Assembly: GCF_002113885.1 (NCBI RefSeq)
Contig: NW_018407082.1
Location: forward strand, 762,490 to 826,489
DNA from: Mizuhopecten yessoensis
Lineage: Eukaryota
DNA length: 64,000 bases
Direction: 5' to 3'
Shown here: positions 24,801 to 36,800 of the stretch, piece by piece
How positions within the stretch are numbered: the stretch's first letter is position 1
Layout of the letters: every line of letters begins with the position of its first letter
Program-made: the position numbers and the translations under genes
Notes under the pieces: generated by a model
The model's database searches: none
What the model saw: the letters and a program-made list of their open reading frames with translations, nothing else
Told to the model about the DNA's origin: nothing

Positions 24801-27800
24801 GTCAGAGGCTGTATGCTTACATAGATATTAACAAATATATGTTTTGAAATATTCAAAAGGCTATGAAAATATTCAAATGATTTTGAAAATAATTTACCAT
24901 AAATTTTTAACATATTGGACCTAATTACGAAATTTTAGAACAGGTATTGAATACATGAATGCGATTCTTTAAATTTTAAAATTTTAAAACTAGTCCAGGT
25001 CTACCATTATGGAATAGTTAGAGCTAAGTTATGTGCTAATGTTTGCTGAATTGAATGATGCTTAATGCAAATTAACAAACATTGAAACAAGTATTGAAAA
25101 TAATAGCTGAAACACAACCATTGGATAAATCTACAAGCTATAAGTTAATAACTAACAATGAACAGGTATTTCTAACATTTGGAGATGTATTCAAATTAGA
25201 TGAAGTTCAATAGATATCGCTGTTTTAGTAGATACAATAGACATTTGTCCTTTATCAAGTTTTGACTGAAATAAACAATTTGACCACATGACTAATTAAC
25301 CTTTATTGAGATTAAGACCTCAAGATAGATGTCCTCATTACATATTGGACCCCTTTGAACTTTGACCTTGGGATATTTGAGACTCAATAGACTTGACAGT
25401 TTGAAATATTCTTGACCTTAACCAGTTTTACCCAGTTACTCATTTGACTTCCAAATATGTTTGACCTCAATTTAATTTGAACTTCATTGTCAATGTGACT
25501 GCAAGGTTTGACTCCATTAGGTATTTGGCCTCAAATGACATTTGACCTTTATTGTAAAAGTTAATCTCTACAGACCTTGACCTCAACTGATGAATACAAT
25601 TAAATATTCATCTCCACACAGATTCAGTTTCACTGCTGTCTCTTGCCAGTAATCAAGTTGTGAAGTATTTTAGAGTAGTCTCCCTTTACTGGCTCTGAAT
25701 ATTTACTGCATAATCTTTTCTTTTGTTTAGTTTATTTAATTTTCTGCTTTGTTCTGTTGTGTATGTAGTTTTAGTGCTGATAAGGGTGGATGTCTTGAAA
25801 AGATTGTTATTGCTAAATACAATGTGTATGGGTGCTTGCTTGTGAAAATCAGAGCCTGTTCAGTATCTGTGTGTTCTACTTGTTAGACACAGACAGCTTT
25901 ATTATGATACAGACAACTTAGCTCATGTCTGTTGGTATGTAAGGTTCTTTCATTTGATCAATTCTATAATTGTGTGAAGAAAAAAGCAAAAAATGAAAAA
26001 TGAAACAAAGAAAGTACTTTGATACAATAATGCATTAGACTGCCTGATTGAGTCAGATTCTCTACATATTTATCATTGTTTCTGTTGTCTCATAGAAATC
26101 TACAAACTTAGTTTTGAAGAATTTCATTTTAAGTGTCATATTTGTGCAATTTATTATGTTCCCTTAGGGGGCATTACTGAATGCCCCAGTGTAACCCAGC
26201 TCAACATAGGCTAGCCATGTGTAGACGCTGCTGGAATATTCATTTCTTAACACTTTTTTATAATCTAATGCTTTATACATGTAGGTTTTATTTAAAAAGT
26301 ATTTTTCTTAGTAAGAAATGCTTTATATATTACTTTATTACAAATATTTTCACACAATACTTCAATGTCACTTATCGTAGTTCTAATTATTATACCAGAC
26401 ATTCAGTACAGCAGGTGACCCTTTTCTTTCACAGACAGTTAACGATACAATAGTTTACTCTGTCTTCACAGATTCCTGTCTAATATGGAAATCTTTATAA
26501 ACAAGATCCCCAGCTACTGTACAAATGTTTCACTTTATTTGAACTTGTGTATTCTTAAAACCTGCCAAAAAAATACATATGTGTTTGGAAACTCATATAG
26601 AAATAAAAACCTTTTTAAACTGACCCCAAAGGAACCAATGGCCTCATTGGGAATAAACAGATATCCATATTAAGGAACGGTTTATGCAGGTTTCTGGATT
26701 ATATGTGTCCTTTTAGACAGGTTCCACTGTTATTGTGATCAACTGTTTGTGAGAGAATGATGTCGTATTGCAATTGTTTGAATCTCCAAAACTAAGGAAT
26801 CTGTAATATGCTGTGTCTGGAAGTATCACTTGAACTCTCCTATGTTCATAAATACTGTATACCTTTTTTAGACTCATTTATAGGTGTTTAGCTTTTAATT
26901 TTTCACGACAAATTAATGCTAAGTTAGATACAATAAAGCAGTGTTTTGAATTTCAACTTTATTTAGGCAGAAATGTGGTGGAGTTCTTTCCACGAACAAT
27001 TATGTTCAATTATCCTTCTAATCAAAAGCAAATAAAATAGTTTTTATTTTTTTATTTTTTTTCTATAAGACTATAAATAAATCAAAGTTAAAAATAGGAT
27101 TTGATCATGCTTACATTTGTTATTTTATAGGTCTAATTTTTGCTGCTTTTTTTCTTCAAAAATTCACAGATTTAATTTAGCTGAGAATTGTTGTGGGTTC
27201 AAAGGATTTATGAAATTTGTTGATACAAAATTTACGTTACATTGTATGTAACTGTCTCATGGTGAATGATAAATGACGTCTCATATTAGTCTTTTTTTAT
27301 TAATATTATTTTTTGGGGAAATTGTATGATCAAAATTTCATAATTCATTTATTTCCAATTTAAATTGTCCAGATGTTGATGTTTTTTTAGCTTGTTGTAA
27401 TAGTTCATCTGTAATTATTCATGAATTTTAATTAATAAATCATATTTCATTGTTACATCAGAGAAGTATTATAATAAGATTTGTAAATTGTTGATGAGAT
27501 ATATTAATGACATTTTTATGCCTTTTATGGATTTCAGTCATGTCAAAAGTGATATTAATGTTGATTTTCTATTAAAATAGTGAATGTTACATTCTTTGCA
27601 CTGTACTCTCCTCAAATAAAAGTATGGAGAAAATAGGATAATTAACAAAACCTTTAATAATAATTCTGTGTAATAAAATATCTTTTGTTAGAGTGTATTT
27701 TTTCAAAGGGGCACAACTAGATTATCTCCCTTTGTTAAATAATATTGATGCTATACACAGGGATTTGCTTAATGATCTTCTTTGATGTGAAATTATTTGT

Positions 27801-30800
27801 CAAAATTAAATATTCTAGGTAAAAAGTTAAATATTTCATAATTTCAAGTTAATTTTGTGTTTTTAGATTTCACAAAACAGAATATTATTCTTATTTTCAT
27901 ACTATTGGTAAATGACATCGAATTGTAAATCTGAAGTAGGTTTGAACGTCATTTGTCAAGGTTAAAAGTATGTAGACTTATTGGAGGGTTGCAGGTTTTG
28001 TATATTTAACAAGGGAGGTAATCTTGTTGTTTTTCCAGTAGGGACCAGTATGACACACCTAACATATATCTAACTTAAAATAAGGACACTCACATAACAA
28101 TGTTATCCTGATGATTAAGAATAATTGTTTTAATTACAATGTTAAGAATTTAGATCTAGTCAGTGATAATTTTGTGGTGCTGACACCTCAGAAAATGTTG
28201 AGAGTACTCCTATCTTATAAAATAAGTGTTTCTGGCTAGTAGCCTACTTTCTCACTAAAACAAATCACTCATTTATCATTGAAATCATTCAAAGGTTGCC
28301 ACAGAGGTCAATCAGGGGTCATCTCTGACCCCAGAATGTACTTGTAGCCCCTTTATCAGTCAAAAGGTTTGAGGGAGATAAGTTGTTGAGCCAAGTTGTT
28401 GTTCATGTTAGCTGAAATGCAGACATGTTTGAAGGGATGTAAAATGTATGGCGGGGTGCTAGATCTTATGTTCTAATTCTGTTGGCAAACAATGTCTGTT
28501 TCACTGTATACATTTTCTCTGAAGAAAAATAAACTGCTTGCCTAGATAATATTGTGTTTGACTTTTCATTATTGTTGAAAATGTATTGTAGTTGAATATT
28601 CTTTTTCAATTACCTGTGAATTAGAATCTATAGGAATTCCATTCCATATTGAACCATACAAAACATTATTTTACCACCTCAAACGTATTTCCATTATTTA
28701 TCCTTGTTTAACAAATAATTAATTCCCTTCAATGATAGGTTTAATAATGACTTGCCTCCCTTTAGTCAAGGGAGATAATCTATGTTATTGCAAAACATGT
28801 TTTGCTTAATGGTATATGTTTACATTACTAACTTGGCACATGTCCTGAAAATCAGGACGCAAACTCTTATTGATTAATTTAGAGCTTCTATCTGAAAATC
28901 TAATTATATGTAATATGAAAATTGTATGTTATCTAGGTTTCGCTATCAGCAGAAACTTGATGCCCACCTTAGTAATTGTTATCCTACATAACTACACTAA
29001 CAAGAAATAAGGATGGAATTGCTTCACCCGGCCAATTTATCTTCCATGATTGCTATCTTTCCTTTGACCTTATAACACAAGATATTCATTAGGCTAGAAA
29101 TTCCTTGCTAGGTGTTGAAAAATTTAATACAAAAAAAGGTGTAAAAGAAAGTGAATTTGTGACAAAATATCAGATATAGAAAAGAAAACATTCCTTTTGT
29201 TGATTTAAGGATCGAAGTGTCTCAAAAATATCACTTTGATTTTCCATTTCAGCATTTTCTAAATCTTAAGCTGATAATAATGTAAGGCCAGCTAACGGTA
29301 ATGACAAAACCATTTTTTAAATGGAATTCTGATATTTGAAAAGATGCGCAAGTATGGCAAGTGTTGTCAGTTATTGAGAAAAGCCATTAACAGGAGTGAA
29401 AAGGAAACAATAGAAGCAAGAGTGGCCGCGGTGATAAATAGAATTCTACGTTGACACAGGAAATTCAGCTGCTAACCCGTATTGATAGGTGATGGAAGGC
29501 CTTAGCTGCCATTAATATTTATCACTATACCGATAGTTCTGCTCAATGAACTAGGAGATGAGACTGGAATCTCTGCCAGAGATATCTCTCACCCCCCACA
29601 GTCTAAATGAAAGAGTCCAGATCAATACATAGTCCATTCCATTACAGTATAAAGGGGATAACAGGAATATTCATCAGGTAGCTAGATAGAATGTCTATGG
29701 AATTATTTTTGTTTCATTACACAAGGGGTTTGACCAAAATTTTCAGGATTTCCCAGAATGCATTTGCGACACTGTGATTGGCTGAATGATGTTGGCTTTG
29801 TCTCATTGTGATGCGCTATGATTGGCTGACACATTTTGTAGATGTTTGGATGATGTTCTAAGTTCCCACGTCCTTTCACATTTCATTAATATGTAGAATA
29901 GTTTGTGTAATTAAGACCTGTACAGAAGCGGTGGAGGTTTGGCAGCGCAGACAGCCATTTATCAGGGGGAGTACAGCTCTGATAGATAATACACTGATGA
30001 TACTGTCATTACCTACAGTTGTAGATTTCACTTTCCTCCAGCAACTGGAGGATTATGCACAGTACTGTACAGAGATTTTTCTCACCGTGATGCATTTTAA
30101 TCCTATATATTATATCATACCGACTTATACACGGAAGTTAGATTGTATCAACTCAGCATGCTAAAAATTTATATTTGGTATGTATATATATAAATCACAT
30201 GAAGTTGGATATTTGTATAATGTGTATTTATATCAATATCTATGTGTTTGTGGGTGTATATAAGATATATACCAAAACACAGTAATGTATATATATTTAA
30301 AACATTAAAGCTGTGCGATGTTGATAACATTACTGATTATTGATCATTTATGTATGTGGCGATGACTGAATTAGCTAGGGTATATGATGGGACCTTTTCT
30401 AAATGATAGATAGAAATAGTTGTTTATGTTGTGTCTGTAAGAACTCGGATCAGCTGGGGTAAAGTGCCTGGGAGATTCTCGCTCTGCCCTTACAGCCGTA
30501 AAACATAACCCCATGCTTCCTCACACACAAAATATCTTTGCATTGATCGTAAACCATTTTTACAATGCTCATTTATAATTAGGTCATAATTTGAAAAAGT
30601 TTGTGTAATGAGCTTTTGTGGTAATTAATTCATGATGGGAATGTTGGATGCGTCTTTTATTTTGTGTTCTTGTATCCATGCTAAATGCTATTGATCACCA
30701 CCAGGATGGCCAAGTTTGGCTAGCTTAATAATGAGGTTAAGGGAATTATATAAAATATCAATTCATCATATATATGACATTAACATAGTTTTGTGGTTCA

Positions 30801-33800
30801 AACAATGATTAGCGTAATAAATTTCATATGTATTTGTGAGATAAACAAATTTTGAAATAACAAGAATGAGGATACATATAAAATATAAAAAGGAATTGGT
30901 AAAACAATTGGAAAAGGTTTTAAATGTGTTTATAGACAGTAAAGCTAACGGAGAAATAAATAAATGTTCATAGGAGAGCCTAGGCATGCCTTGGTTATGC
31001 AAAATACGAGAGATAAATGTGCAAGAAATTAATGGGCTAAATATCTCAACATGTTGTTGTTATCAATGCAAGGATTGATGGAGAGTGTCATTTCATTCTT
31101 ACCAGATGTGTTTAGTTAACATTTCGTTATGTCACATTTTTAGCTTACCTGGCCCGAAGGGCCAAGTGCGCTTATGGCATGGTGCAGCGTCCGGCATCCG
31201 TCCGTCGTCTGTCCGTCCAATGTCCGTCCGGCATCAAATTTCTACTTTAAGACAACTTCTTCTCAGTAACCAAAAGGCCTAGGATGATGATATTTGGCCA
31301 GTATCATGCTTAGATGAAGGGCTACAAAGTTTGTTCAAATGAATGACCTTGACCCACTTTCAAGGTCACAGGGGTCAAATGTCTTAAAATCTTCAAACGA
31401 CTTCTTCTCATTAACCAAAAGGCACAGGGTACTGATATTGGGCCTGGATCATGCTGGAATGAAAGGCTACTAAGTTTGTTCAAATGAATGACTTTGACCC
31501 ACTTTTAACCNACCTGGATCATGCTGGAATGAAGGGCTACTAAGTTTGTTCAAATGAATGACTTTGACCCACTTTTAACCTAATGTTCTTGTTTGACATT
31601 CAAGGTCACAGTCGTCATATGTTTAAATCTTTTAATTGTTTCTTATGAATCGAACACTGATATTCTGCCTGTATTTTAGTCAACTTTTAAGATTACAGGT
31701 GTTAGATTAATACCAGGTGAGCGATGTAGGCCCATTGGGCTTCTTGTTATACCCAGCCATCAAATTGAAATCCTATAATCCGCCATCATTACTTTACTTA
31801 TCTTTCAAATAAATGAAAAACATCTGTTTAGAGGTGTCTAATGTTTCCATGCCTCAATGCTGTTTCCTGGTAATTTTGAATCTGTCATACTAAAGTTTTC
31901 ACAGCTTAAAGCTAAATGTTAGTCTAAATTCTGTGAAGGGATGAAAGGTCAAGGAAGACTAGTCTATTATTTTCTGTAGGGAACAAATGGTTGAGATCTA
32001 TCCAGAGTAAGGCTCTGCCCTGATGATGACATAACACAGTGGGCTTTTATCATTGGAAAAAAAATTAAGGGGGGAAAAAATATACGCTTCAAGTACAAAT
32101 AATCTACATGCTCTTTGTAGACTGGTAATGTCTTGTAACCAGCCTCACATTCGGTAACCAACGGTAACCTGGCCGACTTTGGCAGGTTGTGAGTGGTTCA
32201 AACTCCACGCTTGGTAATAGGTATGATAATGGTAGAGTAATTAGTCCAGTTTTATCATGATTGTAAAACGTCAGATGTCGGGGGGGGGGGGGGGGGAANN
32301 NNNNNAACTAGTCAATTTGTAGTAAATCCAATACCTGTTAATGAGTAAACTATAGGACACATACAGGAATACAGGGTGTAGGATAGTAAACTGCTGACAT
32401 ACAGAAGGTACAGAATGCATACAAATATACAGGATGCATACAAAATATAGTGTGCAAATGTAATAAAGAATATTGACATTCGTGTTGCAGTCCCTCTAGA
32501 TAACAATTCTCCCACCCTTCACAGGTGTGTCTCCCGTTTGAGCCGGGAAAGATCAGCTTGTCACCCCCTAGGGGGAGATAGCCTCGTGCTGATTAGCACA
32601 TGTTCAATTGTGACGTCATTAAAATGAGTCATCGATAATTGTGACGTCATCAAAAGTGAATGACGATATGCATACCCCACATGTGTTTTTGTTTACAAAC
32701 ATGGCAGACTACCTCAGGGTAAGGGATGATTCTATTAGTTATCATGGAATATGTTTGAATGGAACTGTGTTGCATTCTCATAAATGTTTAAAAGATGCAT
32801 TTTAAACCTTTAATAAGTATATAACTACCGACTTCTTACAAAGTTACAGGAAACATGTAAAAATCCGACTTCACTTACAAAACTGAGATAACATCCTAAA
32901 TGACACTTTCACATACAAAAAGTACTGGCTATGTAATATAAAACTATGTGCTACATAAAAAATACAGGACACTTCTGATTGATACAAATCTCTTGAATGC
33001 ATGAAAAATAGAAATACTGGATACATGAAGAAACCCTGGATCATTACAAAATATAAGCTACATACATAACTACTGAATGCATACAAAAATCTGGATACAT
33101 ACAAAATACGAGGATACTAACAACCTAATCGATATGCAGAAAGAACTGTTCAAAACATACTTGTTCTTCTGGATTAACACTTCTGATTGCATGCAAAATA
33201 CTGCATACATAAACAGTTTTCTGATTTCATGGGAAAATAATGGTTACATACAAAAATACTAAAAATACTGGATGCACCCAAAACAAAAGGTTATATATAT
33301 ATATACACAAAATGCGGGATGCTTTCATTATTGAATTTTCAACAAATAGCTGCACTTTCAGATACTGACCAGAGAGCTTGAAATTCTGTAGTTGCGATTG
33401 AGAGGTAATGTCATACAGATGATTAAATGCATTAATTTTAATTGGAGACAAGAGGGGAAATACAAAATGCAATTTTAAAGCTTTGCATGGTGTGACAGTT
33501 TGAGAAATGTGACAGCCATAATCTCTTAAACAGTTTGAAAGGACAAAGCAACATTTTGTAGGGGCCCTTCAAATCAATCTCGTAGCAGAAGAGATCCCCA
33601 TGATGGACTTTAATCAATTGGGTATGGAAGGAAGCAATAGTTCTTGTCAATCCCCTATAATTAAATGAAAAAACCAAAGAAGAAACGCGGATTTAAAGAC
33701 TTGAAAACAAAATGAATTATTGATTGGTGTGCTATCAGATAGGTTCTGTAGCTTTTGACATACTTAACTTATTCCATTAATTTATCGATTCTTGTGAAAA

Positions 33801-36800
33801 TATTTACACCAAGGTCTCTTGGGAATGCAGTAAATATTGAACAGCAACTATTCATCTCCATGGTAACCATATACCTGGAAATATCTATCAGCAAGATAAA
33901 GGCAAAAAAAGGTGTTTTCATCCTGTTTCTATGGTGATCTGGTTAAGAAGGAAAATTTCGTGGAATAAAATGACTCAATTTGTTAGTTACAAATTTTAGA
34001 GAAATTGGAAAGCATGCACCAAATTTTTATTTGCAGGGTAACAATTTTCATTCAGACTTTTTGTGACTTTATCAAACTTATTACCTATAACTGAAAACTG
34101 TAACAATCATCTTATGTTTATGTCTAGAAACAACTCACTTGAGAAACACTGAGCTCTAGAGAGTGTTTAGTGTTAAGGGTGTGAGATTGAGGAAGTTTTT
34201 TATTATGAACTCTAGAAAGAGATCAATGTCAACACTAGAATAAATTTATTGTAGTTGTGACCTCCAGAAACCATTCTTTAGCTCTAGAAAGAGTTGAACA
34301 TAACTGTGATCTCTGAAACAGTTCAATGTTAATTCCAATTACAGCTGGCTGTAATTGAGAGCTTCTGAAAGAGCTCATGTAAATAATAAGTTTGAAAAAG
34401 AGTTCATGGTGAGAGCGCTAGGTACAGTTCAGTGTAAATAGCAACTCTAGGAGCAGTTCAGTGTAAATAGCAACTCTAGGTACAGTTCAGTGTACATAGC
34501 AACTCTAGGTACAGTTCAGTGTAAAAAGGAGTTCTAGGTACATTTCAGTGTAAATAGGATTTCTATGAAAAATTCATTGTATAAAATCGAGTTCTTGGAA
34601 CAGTTCAGTGTACATAGGAGCTCTAGGAACAGTTCAGTGAACATAGGAGCTCTAGGAACAGTTCAGTGTACATAGGAGCTTTAGGAACAGTTCAGTGTAC
34701 ATAAGATCTCTAGGAACAGTTCAGTGAACATAGGAGCTCTAGGTACAGTTCAGTGTAAAAAGGAGTTCTAGGAACAGTTCAGTGTACATAGCAACTCTAT
34801 GAACTGTTCAGTATACATAGGAGCTTTAGGTACAGTTCAGTGTACATAGGAGCTCTCGGAACAGTTCAGTGTACATAGCAACTCTATGAACTGTTCAGTG
34901 TACATAGGAGCTCTAGGAACAGTTCAGTATACATAAGATCTCTAGGTACAGTTCAGTGTACATAGGAGCTCTAGGAACAGTTCAGTATACATAGGTGCTC
35001 TAGGAACAGTTCAGTATACATAAGATCTCTAGGAACAGTTCAGTGTACATAGGAGCTCTAGGAACAGTTCAGTGTACATAGGAGCTCTAGGTACAGTTCT
35101 GTGTACATAGCAACTCTATGACCTGTTCAGTGTACATAGGAGCTATAGGAACAGTTCAGTGTACATAGGAGCTCTAGGAACAGTTCTGTGTACATAGGAG
35201 CTCTAGGAACAATTCATTGTATTAAATCGATCTCTTGGAACAGTTCAGTATACATAGGAGCTCTAGGTACAGTTCAGTGAACATAGGAGCTATAGGAACA
35301 GTTCAGTGTACATAGGAGCTATAGGAACAGTTCAGTGTACATAGGAGCTCTAGGAACAGTTCTGTGTACATAGGAGCTCTAGGAACAATTCATTGTATTA
35401 AATCGATCTCTTGGAACAGTTCAGTATACATAAGAGCTCTAGGTACAGTTCAGTGAACATAGGAGCTATAGGAACAGTTCAGTGTACATAGGAGCTCTCG
35501 GAACAGTTCAGTGTACATAGGAGCTTTAGGTACAGTTCAGTGTATATAGGAGCTCTAGGAACAATTCATTGTATTAAATCGATCTCTTGGAACAGTTCAG
35601 TGTACATATGAGCTCTAAGAACAATTCAGTGTATATAGGAGCTCTAGGAACAGTTCAGTGTACATAGGATCTCTAGGAACAGTTCAGTGAACATAGGAGC
35701 TTTAGGAACAGTTAAGTGTACATAGGAGCTCTAGGAACAGTTCAGTGTACTTAGGAGCTCTAGGAACAGTTCAGTGTACATATGAGTTCTAGGTACAGTT
35801 CAGTATACATAGCAACTCTAGGAACAGTTCAGTGTACTTAGGAGCTTTAGGAACAGTTCAGTGTACATAAGAGCTCTATGAACAGTTCAGTGTACATAGG
35901 AACTCTAAGAACAGTTCAGTGTACATAGGAACTCTAGGAGCAGTTCAGTATACATAGGAGCTCTAGGAACAGTTCAGTGTACATAGGAGCTCTAGGAACA
36001 TTTCAGTGTACATAGGAGCTCTAGATAAATTCAGTGTACATAGGAACTCTATGAACTGTTCAGTATACATAGGAGCTCTAGGAACAGCTCAGTGTACATA
36101 GGTGCTATAGGAACAGTTTTGTGTACATAGGAGCTCTAGGAACAGTTCAGTGTATATAGGAGCTATAGGAACAGTTCAGTGTACATAGGAGCTCTAGGAA
36201 CAGTTCTGTGTACATAGGAGCTCTAGGAACAGTTCAGTATACATAGGAGCTCTAGGAACAGTTCAGTGAACATAGGAGCTCTAGGAACAGTTCNNNNNNN
36301 NNNNNNNNNNNNNNNNNNNNNNNNNNNNNNNNNNNNNNNNNNNNNNNNNNNNNNNNNNNNNNNNNNNNNNNNNNNNNNNNNNNNNNNNNNNNNNNNNNNN
36401 NNNNNNNNNNNNNTAGGAACAGCTCAGTGTACATAGGAGGTCTAGATAAGTTCAGTGTACATAGCAACTCTATGAACTGTTCAGTATACATAGGAGCTCT
36501 AGGAACAGTTCAGTGTATATAGGAGCTCTAGGAACAGTTCAGTGTACATAGGAGCTCTAGATAAGTTCAGTGTACATAGCAACTCTATGAACTGTTCAGT
36601 ATGCATAGGAGCTCTAGGAACAGCTCAGTGTACATAGGAGGTCTAGATAAGTTCAGTGTACATAGCAACTCTATGAACTGTTCAGTATAGATAGGAGCTC
36701 TAGGAACAGCTCAGTGTACATAGGAGCTATAGGAACAGTTCAGTATACATAGGAGCTATAGGAACAGCTCAGTGTACATAGGAGCTATAGGAACAGTTCA

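Noticed and set aside
32701-32718. ATGGCAGACTACCTCAGG|gtaagg as an alternative first exon
   Set aside because: Phase 0 is incompatible with the phase-1 acceptor at 45066, and it lies in a transposon-like fragment
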